Assembly (NCBI RefSeq): GCF_004010195.1
Contig: NC_057752.1
Span: forward strand, 11,469,669-11,532,772
Origin: Chiloscyllium plagiosum
Lineage: Eukaryota
Length of the DNA: 63,104 nt
Direction: 5' to 3'
This document shows, piece after piece, positions 10,936 through 22,649 of the stretch. The first letter of the stretch is position 1, and every line of letters begins with the position of its first letter. The notes beneath the pieces are model-generated. The model worked only from the letters and a program-made list of their open reading frames with translations. It ran no database searches and was not told where the DNA came from. A program made the translations under genes and the position numbers.

Positions 10936-13215
10936 GAGAGAGAGAGGGACAGAGAGGGACGGGGGAGAGACAGGGTGAGTGAGAGAGAGAGAGAGAGAGA
11001 GAGAGACGGGGCCCGTGACAGAGAGAGAGAGAGAGGGAGAGAGGGGGGGGGGAGAGAGAGACAGAGGCAGAGAGAGAGTGAGGGAGAGGGGAGAGTGAGA
11101 GTGAGGGAGGGAGAGAGAGAGAGACAGAGGGAGAGTAGGATGGAGATGGAGACATTCCCATATCCCTGTCCCCAGTCTCTCTCCCATCCCATATCCCTGT
11201 CTCATGTTTCTCTCCCATTCCCATATCCCTGACTCTGGTCTCTCTCCCATCCCCATATCCCTGTCTCATGTCTCTCTCCCATCCCATATCCCTGTCTCGT
11301 GTGTCTCTCTCTCTCCCATTCCCATATCCCTGTCTCCTGTCTCTATCCCATTCCCATATCCCTGTCTCCTGTCGCTCTCCCCATCCCAATATCCCTGTAT
11401 CCTGTCTCTCCCGATTCCCATATCTCTGCCTCCTGTCTCTCTCCAATCCCCATATTCCTGTCTCCTGTCTCTTTCTCCATTTCCCATATGCCTGCCTCCT
11501 GTCTCTATCCCATTCCCATATCCCAGTCTCCTGTCTCTTTCTCCCATTCCCATATCACTGTCTCTCTCTCTCCCCATTCCCATATTCCTGCCTCCTGTCT
11601 CTATCCCATTCCCATATCCCTGTCTCCTGTCTCTCTCCCTATTCCCATATCCCTGTCTCCTGTCTATCCCATTCCCATATCCCTGCCTCCTGTCTCTCTC
11701 CCATTCCTTTATCCCTGCCTCCTGTCTCTCTCCCCCATCCCCATATCCCTGGTTCCTGTCTCTCTCTCCCCATTCCCATATCACTGTTTCCTGTCTCTCT
11801 CTCCCCATTCCCATATCCCGGTCTCCCGTCTCTCCCATTCCCATATCCATGTTGCCTGTCTCTCCCCAATTCTCATATCCCTGTCTCCAGTCTCTCTCCC
11901 ATCCCATATCCCTGTCTCCTGTCTCTCCCCCATTCCCTATGCCTGTCTCCTGTCTCTCCCCCATTCACATATCCCTGTATCTTGTCTCTCTCTCCTTATA
12001 TCCCTGTCTACTGTCTCTCCCATTCCCATATCCCTATCTCCTGGCTCTCTTCCCCATCCTGATATCTCTCTCGTCTTTCTCCCTCTCCCCATCCCCATAT
12101 CCCTGTCTCCCCATTCCCATATCCCTGTCTCCTGTCTCTCTGCCCCATTCCCATATCCCTGTCTCCTGTCTCTATCCCATTCCCATATCCCTGTCTCCTG
12201 TCTCTCTCCCCATTCCCATATCCCTGCCTTCTGTCTCTCTCTCCCCTTTCCCATATCCCTGTCTCCTGTCTCTCTCCCCCATTCCCATATCCCTGTCTCC
12301 TGTCTCTCTCCCCATTCCCATATCCCTGTCTCCTGTCTCTCTCTCCCCTTTCCCATATCCCTGTCTCCTGTCTCTCCCCCATTCCCATATCCCTGTCTTC
12401 TGTCTCTATCCCATTCCCATATCCCTGTCTCCTGTCTCTCTCCCCCATTCCCATATCCCTGTCTCCTGTCTCTCTCCCCATTGCCATATCCCTGTCTCTG
12501 GTCTCTCCCCCCCATTCCCATATCCCTGTCTCCTGTCTCTCCCATTCTCATATCCCTGCATCCTGTCTCTCTCTCTCCCCATTCCCATATCCCTGTCTCC
12601 TGTCTCTCTCTCTCCCCATTCCCATATTCCTGCCTCCTGTCTCTCCCCATTCCCATATCCCTGTCTCCTGCCTCTCCCATTCTCATATCTCTGTCTCCTG
12701 TCTCTATCCCATTCCCTCATCCCTGCCTCCTGTCGCTCTCCCCCATTCCATATCCCTGTCTCCTGTCTCTATCCCATTTCCATATCCCTGTCTCTCTCTC
12801 TCCCATTCCCATATCCCTGTGTCCTGTCTCTCTCCCCATCCCCATATCCCTGTCTCCTGTCTCCCCCATTCCCATATCCCTGTCTCTGGTCTCTCTCCCA
12901 TTCCAATATCCCTGTCTCTGGTCTCTATCCTATCCCTATATCCCTGTCTCCTGTCTCTCTCCCCATTCCCATATCCCTGTCTCCTGTCTCTCTCTCTCCC
13001 CATTCCCATATCACTGTCTCCTGTCTCTATCCCATCCCCATATCCCTGTCTCCTGTCTCTCTCCCCATTCCCATATCCCTGTCTCCTGTCTCTCCCCCAT
13101 TCCCATATCCCTGCCTCCTGTCTCTATCCCATTCCCATATCCCTGTCTCCTGTCTCTCCCCCCATCCCCATATCCCTGCCTCCTGTCTCTATCCCATTCC
13201 CATATCCCTGCCTCC
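10936..13215. repeat. (GA)n tract (10936-11150) followed by a ~2-kb satellite, unit about 30-36 bp CCCATTCCCATATCCCTGTCTCCTGT(CT)n
   Basis: Direct inspection; strong pyrimidine/purine strand asymmetry. Confidence 0.95.
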
Positions 13216-13677
13216 CTGTCTGCTGGTGTGCAGGGCCGTGGGGTAAGGACGGGGGCCTGGCCCCTGGGGAATTCTTGGACCAGACACAATGGGCCATTCA
13301 GCCTTGCTCCCCTGTTCCGTACCCATTGTCCGACCCAACCCCGTGTTCCCGCGCTCTCCCCCATAATCCTTTGACACCTGAGAACTGGATCGGACAACTT
13401 CCTGAAAACAACGCTTTAGTCTCAACCACTTCCTGTCTCCCCCAACTCTCTGGTGAAGACATTTCACCCCCCCACCCCCCCCATTTCAGTCCGATCCTGT
13501 ATCCTTAGACCATGAACCCCACCCCCCGACACTGGTCATTAGGAACATCCTTCCTGTGTTTCCCCTGACCCGAATCTCTGCTTTCTCTCTCTCTCCCTTC
13601 ACAGATGCTGCCACACCTGGCTGAGTTTCTCCAGCATTTCATCTCCTTGTTCCTGACCTCCGCAGTTCTTTGCTCTA

Positions 13678-13868
13678 GTCTCTGCATTCCCATCATCCTC
13701 GCTTTCCACACCACCAGTCTCTGCATTCCCATCATCCTCACTTTCCACACCATTGGTCTCTGCATTCCCATCATCCTCTCTTTCCACACCACCGGTCTCT
13801 GCATTCCCATCATCCTCTCTTTCCACACCACCGGTCTCTGCATGCCCATCATCCTCTCTTTCCACACC
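13678..13868. repeat. Second array of the 39-bp minisatellite, about 5 copies, same orientation
   Basis: Same unit as 8650-8998. Confidence 0.95.
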
Positions 13869-14610
13869 TCCTCTCTCCTGAAAAATATACCTCCGAGTTT
13901 TGAACTTTGCTGCGCGAAGGAAAAGACCCTGGCTATTCCCCTTATGTGTGCCCCTCATGATTTTATAAACCTCTAAAAGGTCATGTAGACTGGTGCCAAT
14001 AAACTGCCCATTCTGTGGCACGAGGTTTCTGCCAAGCCTGGCGAGCTAAGCAGGCCATAGTTGTGTTTTGGGTGGTGAGAAGCGATGGTTTAAAACTCCA
14101 CGCTGTGAGCTGTGTAGAGACCAAGCTAAAGAATTCTTCACAAATCGCAACAGAAATTGCTGGAACAACTCAGCAGGTCTGGCTATATCTGTGGAGAGAA
14201 ATCAAAGTTAATGTTTCAGGTTCAGTGATGTTGTTTCAGAACTGGACTGGAAACATTCCGAATTTTGGTTTTCATTTCTGATTTCCAGCATCCGCAGTTC
14301 TTTGGGCTTCTTTTTTTAAGCAAAGTATTCTTCATTTCGGTGAGTGACACATGTCTCAAATGTATGCAATTCAAGCTTGTGCAAGGCACAGCTAGTACAA
14401 TCAAACCTACCCAAGACAAGATGGCCTCGTGGTATTATCACTAGGCTATTACTCTAGAGGACCCTGGTAATGTTCTGGGGACCTGGGTTCAAATCCTGCG
14501 ATGCCAGATGGCGGAATTTGAAATCTAATGCATATTTGTAATTAGGAGAAACATGAAACAGTTATCAGGAAAGAAGCTCCCTTCCTTACCTGGACTACAA
14601 TCACAACAAA

Positions 14611-14910
14611 GCAGCTCAGTGGTTAGCACTGCTATCTCAGCGCCAGGGACCCGGGTTCAATTCCAGCCTTGGGTGACTGTTTGTGTGGAGTTTGCACATT
14701 CTCCCCGTGTCTGCGTCCAAAGATGTGCATGTTAGGCGGATTGGCTGTGCTAAATTGCTTACAGTTTCCAGGGAATGTGTAGGTTAAATGGATTGGCCGT
14801 GGGAAATGCAGGGAGAGGTTAAGGGGTTGGGTTTGAGTGGAATGCCCTATAGAGAGATGGTGTGAACTCAATTGGTTAACTGGCCTGCTTTCACACTGTA
14901 CAGATTCCAT
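14611..14910 (+). mobile_element. HE1/V-SINE-type SINE
   Basis: GCTCAGTGGTTAGCACTGC..GGGTTCAATTCC head and central domain. Confidence 0.88.
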
Positions 14911-15454
14911 GTCAGCAAGTGGAACGTGTTTTGCAAGAGCAACTGTTTAATAACAATCCCTGGACAATGCGAAATGCATCTGAAAATAGATAAGGGGATA
15001 ATATGATGGGCTGAGCTGCTCACTGTTTTGAGAGTATGAAAATTGATGCACATATATGAACATGCCAATGAAAAGCATAACCCCTTGAAACAACAAAAAA
15101 AAGAAAATGCCCTAATTTCCGTCTTAAAAAGATGACCGTGCATTTTAACTCAGCGGCCTCCTTGTTCTACACTAACCCACAAGAGAAAACATCATTTCGA
15201 CATCAACTTGGCAAGACTCCTCAGGCAAAAGTGAGGACTGCAGATGCTGGAGATCAGAGTCGAGAGGGTGGTGCTGGGTAAGCACAGCAGGTCAGACAGC
15301 ATCCGAGGCGCAGGAGAGTTGATGTTTCAGGTAAAAGCCCTTCCTTACCAACTTCAGTCAAATCTGAAGGGATGAGTGTGTGTTCAATTACATGGAAAAT
15401 TATGGGAAACATTCAAGTAGGGGAAGGCTCAGCAGAGGTTATTAAAGTTTCCAG

Positions 15455-16165
15455 AACAAGGGAGGGTTTGAACTATAGCGAGAGGTTGAATAGGCTGGGG
15501 CTGTTTTCCCTAGAGTGTCAGCTCGGACCGAGGCCAGATCTCACCGCAGCGTGGGCGCCAAGGAAAGGAAAGACCCAGGCTTCATTTCCGGCCTTGTGCT
15601 GAGTTAGCTCGGATCGATGCCGGATCTCAACCCAGCGGGGGCACCAAGGGGAGGAAAGACCCAGGCTTCATTTCCGGCCTAGCGCTGAGTGAGCTCAGAC
15701 CGAGGCCGGATCTCAACCCAGCCTGGGCGCCGAGAGCAGGAAAGACCCAGGCTTCATTTCGGGCCTAGCACTGATTGACCTGGATCTGACACCCAGACTG
15801 GGACTGGGTGCGACACTGAGAGAAAAGGCAAGACTCAGGTTTTGTGAGGGGGTCGTGGATAGGGTGAATAGCCAAGGTCTTTAACCTGGGGTAGGTGGGG
15901 TGATGTCCGGGACTCGAGGGGAAAGATATGAAAGAGACCTAAGGGGCAACTTTTTCACACAGAGGGTGGTACGTGTATGGAATGAGCTGCCAAAGGAAGT
16001 GGTGGAGGCTGGTACAATGACAGCATTTAAGTGGCATCTGGATGGGTATATGAATAAGAAGGGTTTAGAGGGATATGGGCCAAGTGCTGGCAAATGGGAC
16101 TAGGTTAGGTTAGGATATCTGGTCGGTATGGATGAGTTGGACCAAAGGGTCTGTTTCCGTGCTAT
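15455..16165 (+). mobile_element. CR1 3' fragment interrupted by the 86-bp GC-rich array
   Basis: LNRLGLFSLE before 15519; RGNFFTQRVV..WNELP after 15845. Confidence 0.8.
15520..15840 (-). repeat. Inverted array of the same 86-bp repeat, about 3.5 copies
   Basis: AAAGACCCAGGCTTCATTTCCGGCCT is the reverse complement of the 10045-10530 unit. Confidence 0.9.
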
Positions 16166-16169
16166 ATAT

Positions 16170-18475
16170 TCTGAATTTGGTGATGAGGCAGACTTGATTA
16201 GGCAGCTTAAGGTGAAGAAACCCTTAGAGAACAGTGAACATAATATAATAGGAATCTCCTTGCAGTTTGAGTGGGAGAAGCTGGAATCAGATGTAACAGG
16301 ATTACAATTGAGTAAAGGGACATGAGCGAGGAGCTGGTCAGAGTGGATTGGAAGGGAGGCCTAGTGGTGAAGACAGTGGAGCAGCAATGATAGGGGTTTC
16401 TGGGGGTAATTTGGGAGGGTCAGCAGAAATGCACCCCAAGGAAAAAGAAACAGACTAAGGGGAGGATGAGGCAGCCGTGCCTGACAAGGGAAGTCAGGGA
16501 CAGCATAAAAGCAAAAGAAAATGCATACAATGAGGTAAAGCTAAGTGGGAAGCCAGAGGATTGGGTAGCCTTTAAAAACCAGCAGATAACAGCTAAAAAC
16601 AGCAATAAAGGGGGAAAAAGATGAAATATGAGAATAAGCTAGCCAGTAATAGAAATGAAGATTGCAAGAGTTTTGTTTGATATATGAAAAGTAAGAGAGA
16701 GGCAAGAGTGGACGTTGGACCGCTGGAGAATGAGACTAGAAAAGTAGCACTAGGGAACAAAGAAATGGTGCAGGAACTGAACAGGAACTTTGCATCAGGT
16801 TACACAGCGGAAGACACCAGCAGCATACCAGAACTTCAAGAGAGTCAGGGGACAGAGGTGAGTGCAGTGGCCATCACTAAGGAGAAGGTGCTGGGGAGGC
16901 TGAAGGTGGATAAATCACCCAGACCAGATGGACTACATCCCAGAGTTCTGAAGGAGAGAGCTGAGGAGATTGCAGAGGCATTGGTGGTGATCTTCCAGGA
17001 ATCACTGGGGTCAGGGAGGGTCCCAGAGGACTGGAAAATGGTTAATATAACACCCCCCCCCCCCTCAGTTTAAGAAGGGAGGGAGGCAGAAGATAGAAAA
17101 CTATAGGTTGGTTAGCCTGACATCAGTCATTGGTAAGATGTTAGAGTCCGTTATTAAGGGTGAGATTGTGGAGTACTTAGATGTGCACATTAAAATAGGG
17201 CTTAATCAGCACGGCTTCATCAAGGGGAGGTCATGCCTGATAAATCTGTTAGCATTCTTTGAGAAAGTAATGAGCAAGTCAGACAAAGGAGAGCCAATGG
17301 CCATGACCAATATGAATTTCCAGAAGGCCTTTGACGAGGTGCCGCACAGGAGGCTGCTCAATAGGATAAGAGCCCATGGTGTGAGGGGCAAGGTACTGGT
17401 ATGGAAAGAGGATTGGCTGATGGGCAGGAGGCCGAGAGTGGAGATAAAGGGGTCTTTTTCAGGATGGCAGCTGGTGACTATTGGTGATCTGCAGGGGAAC
17501 TGTGTTGGGATCACAACTAGTCACGTTATTCATTAATGATCTGGAAAACAACTGAAGGCATTATTACTAAGTTTGCCGATGACACAAGGGTAGGTGAAGG
17601 GACAGAGTGTTGAGGAAGTGGGGACGCTGCAGAAGGTCTTGGACAGGCTAGGGGAGTGGGCAAAGAAGTGGCAGATGGAATACAATGTGGGAAAGGGTGA
17701 GGTTATGCACTTTGATTGGAAGAAGAGAAGTATAGACTATTTTCTCAGTGGGGAAAGGCTTTGGAAATATGAAACACAAAGAGGCTTGGGAACGCCAGCT
17801 CAGCTTTCTCTGAAGGTTAACATGTAGGTTCAGTCGGCAGTTAGGAAGGCAAATGCAATGTTAGCGTTCATTGTGAGAGGGCTAGAATACAAGAGCAGGG
17901 ATGTACTGCTGAGGCTGTATAAGGCTCCTGTCAGACCATATTTGGAATATTGTGAGCAGTGTTGGGCCCTGTATCTAAGGAAGGATGTCCTGGCCTTGGA
18001 GGGGGTTTACAAGAATGATCCTGGGGATGAGGGACTTGTCATATGAGGAGGGGTTGAGGACTCTAGGTCTGTACTCAATGGAGTTTGGAATGATGAAGGG
18101 GATCTGATTGAAACTTGCAGAATACTGAGAGACCTGGATAGAGTGGACATGGAGAAGATATTTCCACTGGTGGGAGAGACTGGGACCTGAGGGCACAGCC
18201 TCAGAGTGAAGGGATGACCCTTTCGAACTGAGATAGGGAGGAAGTTCTTCAGCCAGAGGGTGGGGAATCTGTGGGACCCATTGCCGCAGAGGGCTGTGGA
18301 GGCCAAGTCACTGTGTGTATTTATGACAGAGATAGATAGGTACTTGATTGGTACGGGGATCAAGGGTTTTGGGAGCAAGACAGGAGAACGGGGTTGAGAA
18401 GCATACCAACCATGAGCAAATGGTCATGCAGACTCGATGGGCCAAATGGCCTAGTGCTACTCCGACATCTTATGG
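16170..18475 (+). mobile_element. CR1 LINE, 5'-truncated (RT to 3' tail)
   Basis: ORFs 16684-18046 with KSPRPDGLHPRVLKE, QHGFIKGRSCL, FQKAFD and WQMEYN motifs. Confidence 0.9.
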
Positions 18476-18999
18476 AATCACCCCTCACTCTTCCAAAACT
18501 CCAGTGACCAACAAATTCTGTCTGTCCAGTGTTTTCCTCATGAGACAACCTGCTGATTGCAGGTATTAATCACCTCCTCACCTCCTTCAATACACTTCCT
18601 CTCTTCCTTAAGTAAGGAGACCAAAGCTGTACGTAGTATTCAAGCAACAAAGTCCTGTGGAAACGAAGCACAACCTGTTCCATTTTATTTTCCAGATTTT
18701 TTTTCATCAACCTGTTCAGAGATATTCTGTTCTGGAGCAAGTGGGATTTGAACCTGGATCTTATGACCCACTTTATATTCTATTCCTACTGTAATAAAGG
18801 CTAGCATCCCATTAGCTCTGTTTAGAACCTGTTGGACCAGCATGCTAACGTTAGTGATTCACACACTGCAAGAGCATGATCCCTTGCCACTTCGGAATTT
18901 CGAAGTCGTTTACCATGTAAAAACAAAAGTGCTTTTCTTTTGTTATTCGTATAAAAGTGAACAACTTTACACTTGGCCCAATCATAATCCAGAAGGGCT

Positions 19000-19222
19000 C
19001 ACAGTGAGGGAGTTGGTTCGCTGAGACAGTTGGTTTGTAATGCAGAGTGCCACTAATAGCATGGGTTCAAATCCCTTACCAGCTGAAGTTACCATGAAGG
19101 ACTCTCCTTCTCAACCTCTCCCCTCACCTGAGACATGGTGGCCCTCAGATTAAACCACCACCCATTGCCTCTGCCTCTGTCTCTCTTAAATGATAGAGTG
19201 GGACTCTGGTGACTTTACCTTT
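19000..19222 (+). mobile_element. Third old tRNA-like SINE family (second copy at about 28172-28362)
   Basis: Shared GGTTTG.AATG..GAGT..GGTT..CTGA..TCTCAAC.TCTCCCCTC.CCTGA..GGTGACTT.ACCTT. Confidence 0.5.
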
Positions 19223-19449
19223 CAGCAATGTGAGTGGAGAAATAATGGAATGGCTGGGTTTGCTGATGTATGGCTAAGGTCAGCATTTTGGGTGTACTGT
19301 TGGTCAGACACCATTGGTAGCTTGGAGGCTGACCAACAGAGGATTGTAACAGCGAAATCTGGCTTTCCCAACAAAGGTATAAACAACAGAAGCTTGAGCC
19401 GGTGGGAGATATTATGGTGGTGGTCGTACATTGGATTTCTTTATTCTTT

Positions 19450-19772
19450 CACAAGATGAGGGCCTTGCTGGCGAGACCAGCATTCCTTGCCCATCCCTAA
19501 TTGCCCAGAGGGCAGTTAAGAGTCAGCCACATTGCTGTGGGTCTGGAGTCACGTGAAGGCCAAACCAAGTAAGGATGGCAATTTCCATCCCTAAAAGGAC
19601 GTTAGTGAACCAGACGGGTCTTTCCAACCATCAGCTATGGTCATTACTTGATTCTTAATTTCCAGATTTGTTTTTTTGAATTCAAACAGGATTTGAACCC
19701 AGGTCCCCAGAACATTACCTGGGTTTCTAGATTAACAGTCCAGAGATAATACCACCTCCCCATCGCCTCCCC
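19450..19772 (-). mobile_element. Second tRNA-derived SINE family (related 5' piece at 14420-14600 +)
   Basis: Head GATGG..GTGGTATTATC..TAATGTTCTGGGGACCTGGGTTCAAATCC on the - strand; tail AATTAGGGATGGGCAAG.AATGCTGG. Confidence 0.65.
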
Positions 19773-20123
19773 TGTGAGGGGCCATATCAGGGCCAAATAC
19801 AGAAATAGAGACCTTGGGATTGGGAACACAGTTTATCAAGAACAAGAGACAATAACTCAATGTTCCCAACGTGTAAATAACTAATAACAGTGATGCAATG
19901 AATTTTGACTTCTATTAGTCTACTTGTGCAGGACCCCACTGGAAGCAAAGAAGCCAGAATGAACAAGATCACTAATACCGTTAGCAGTCTGTAGGGTGAA
20001 TAACTGATTACAGAGATTCACCAGGAGCGACAGAAGCAGTAAGGAGAATGAAGTAAATTTCAGGCGTAGTTATACAGTTAAACAAAGAAGACAGGATGAA
20101 TAATTGTATAGAGAGAGACTTAC

Positions 20124-20262
20124 GAGGACCGCCAACAATAGCCAGGATAGGATAGTAGAAGTATTGAATAATATAAAGTGTGACTTCAATCCGATATGGT
20201 ATTGACATCACGTTATAAAATGTAGCAAGTTCGTTCAGAAACAGGGAAAAACTCTTGTCCAT
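20124..20262 (-). CDS. Gene A exon 1 (N-terminus and first half of TM1: MDKSFSLF...YYPILAIVGGP)
   Basis: ATG at 20262; 46 codons plus 1 nt, then donor C|GTAAGT. Phase matches the exon-2 acceptor. YPxLAxVGxP matches gene B exon 1. The 14.2-kb intron spans an assembly gap, so the pairing is inferred. Confidence 0.8.
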
Positions 20263-20359
20263 TGTTGGAAAGTTCGCACCTACTGCTTTCAGATTCTCCT
20301 CGTGTCCTCCAGATCTGCTGTGCCCTCAGGCCCAGGCTTGAGAGTCCCACTGATGCAAT

Positions 20360-20500
20360 GGCACTGCACATTGAGAAAGGAGTCTTTCATTAATGTCAGA
20401 GGGAACGCTCTCACAGGCACACTTCAGGCTCCTGAGACAGCCATTTATTCCAGTTCACTGAACAAACACTGTTCACGTCTTTCAATTCATCACGTTTTAT
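20360..20500 (-). promoter_or_regulatory. Conserved upstream non-coding block of gene A (putative core promoter)
   Basis: Aligns by eye with 45650-45791 (GAAAG(G)AGTC..ATTAA..GGAA..CTCTC..CACA..AGG..GAGA..CAGT..CTGAACAAA..TTTCAAT..TTTTAT) at a similar distance from the shared MD start. Confidence 0.6.
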
Positions 20501-20509
20501 AAGGTAATA

Positions 20510-21245
20510 AAGTGAAGACATTTCTCCTCATCTCAGTCCGAAATAGTCAATCTGTATCTTAAGACTGTGACTCCTGAGTTCTGGACTCCCCCACCATCGG
20601 GAACATCCTCCTTGCATCGACCAAGTCTAGTCCTGTTCGAAGTTCATTGGTTCCTATGAGAGTCCCCCCTCATTCTCCTAAACTCTAGTGAATATAATCC
20701 TAACTGATCCAGTCTCTTCATACGTCAGTCTTGCCATCCCAGGAATCAGTCTGGGAAACCTTTGCTGTACTCCCTCCATCACCAGAACATCCTTCCTCAG
20801 ATAAGGAGACCCAAACTGCACACAATATCACCAAGGCCCTGTCCAACTGCAGCAAGACATCCCTGCTCCTGTACTCGAACCCTCTCGCTATGAAGGCCCA
20901 ACATCCCATTGGCTTTCTTCACCTCCTGCTGCCCCCTGCAGGCTTACTTACAGTGACTGGTGTACAAGGGCACCCAGGTCTCATTGCCTTTCCCAATCTA
21001 TCACCACTCAGAGAATAATCCGCCTTCCTGTTTTTGCTCCCAAGTGGATGCCCCCACATTTATCCACATTATACTGCATCTGCCACGCATGTGCAATTCA
21101 CTCACTGTGGCCCAATCACACTGCAACACCTCTGCATCCTCCTGACAACTCACCCTCCCACCGAGCTTTGTGTCATCTGCAAACGTGGAGATATTGCATT
21201 GAGTTCCCACGTCTAAATCATTAATATATATTGGGAATAGTGGTG
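20510..21245 (-). mobile_element. CR1 RT/3' fragment
   Basis: FADDTKLGG and ARGFEYRSRDVLLQL peptides. Confidence 0.8.
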
Positions 21246-21289
21246 GTTCTCCACTTTATTTTTGGCGCAACAGAAACTGAAGTGGACTG

Positions 21290-21800
21290 ACCACGTCAAA
21301 TACAGTGGCTGCAAGAGGTTGGCACATCTGCAGAATGTACCTATCCAGAAGGCACAAATGCGAAGGGTGCTGGAATACTCTTCTCTTTTCTAGATGGATA
21401 CGTCTCCAAAGACAAAACATCAACAAGTTCAACAGTGTCAAGAACAGAGCAGGTCACTTGATGGACACCTTCATCATTCACTCCCTCCACAGTAAGGCAT
21501 CTTAAACAACTTCTGCCAAGCACACACGTCCTCAGCAACTGAGAAGGGCAAGGACAAATCTTGCAGGTGACACCACCAGCTACCGTGTCCCCTCAAAGCT
21601 GCACAGAGTGGGAATAGGCAGCCATTGCTTGACTGACATTGGTTCAAAACCCTGGAATGCCTTCCCGAACAGCACTGTTGAGGTAAAAAAATCACATGAA
21701 TCTCATTTGTCCAGAAAGGGAGCTCCACACCACCTTCTCAAAGGCCATTTAGGAATGGCCAATGAATGTAGGCCCAGCGAGCGTGGCTCATATTCTATGA
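21290..21800 (+). mobile_element. Old LINE 3' fragment of a different CR1/L2-like family
   Basis: Tail CACCACCTTCTCAAAGGCCATTTAGGAATGGCCAATGAATG resembles the tail of the SINE at 19450-19772. Confidence 0.5.
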
Positions 21801-22040
21801 AAAGTGAATGCCACATCTGGTTCCAGAACATAACAGTGAAGTGGAACGTGATGCTTTATCTCAGTGCCAACCTGTAAGTCACCTTTAGTGTGTTCTGTAT
21901 GTCTCACTCAGATTGAGGAGGGCACTAATGTTCATTGTACCACTTGGTTTAAGGCTATGTCAGGCCCCTCTCTTATGAACTTTGAGCAATGATTTTCATT
22001 TATCTGACAAACTGAATGCTTTCAGCTCTCTTGCATTTCG

Positions 22041-22350
22041 TAGAATAGAATCCCTACATTGTGGAAGCAAGCCACTTGGCCCATCAAGTCTGCACCGACC
22101 CTTCAAAGAGGGCCCCACCCAGACCCACACCATCCCTGTAACCCTTTGTTTCCCATGGATACTTCTGTGTGACACAATGGGTAATTTAGCATGGCCAATT
22201 CACCCTAATCTGCACATCTTTGGACTGGGGGAGAAAAACCCACACAGACACATGGAGATTGTGCAAACTCCACAGAGACAGTCACCCAAGGCTGGATTTG
22301 AACCCAGGTCCCTGGCACCGTGAGGCAGCAGTGCTAACCACTGAGCCATC
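22041..22350 (-). mobile_element. HE1/V-SINE-type SINE
   Basis: Same family sequence. Confidence 0.88.
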
Positions 22351-22649
22351 ATTGGTTTCACTCAAATTCTTCTCCTTAAATTAACTTGTTGTTACTTTCT
22401 GTCAGATCTGTAATGGCCTCTCAAGTGGTGGCTAATCCACCATCAGAAATATCTGGGTTAAACTTTGTCTCCTGAAACCTGTGTTTGATGTTTGCTTTTT
22501 CTTCCTATTTGGTGTTCAATTCACCGGGACAGATAAATCAGAGGCTGAGGGGATTTATGGTCTACAGTGTTTTGCACTAATTCCCAAATTTTATCCAGAG
22601 TAAGTGTCTGTACTGTTGATGTAATTAATAGTGAGCAGATAAGGGTCAG

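Noticed and set aside
11204..13508. Very long ORFs (680, 691, 264 and 229 aa) rich in P/S/L/I
   Set aside because: Translations of the pyrimidine-rich satellite, which lacks stop codons in several frames on both strands.
8650..13868. Repeat arrays as CRISPR-like loci
   Set aside because: Units are head-to-tail with no unique spacers, there are no cas genes, and the context is eukaryotic.
14611..14670. tRNA genes at SINE heads (also about 3450-3516, 7795-7857, 36070-36138)
   Set aside because: They have A/B-box-like sequence but continue directly into SINE body and tail, so they are not stand-alone tRNAs.
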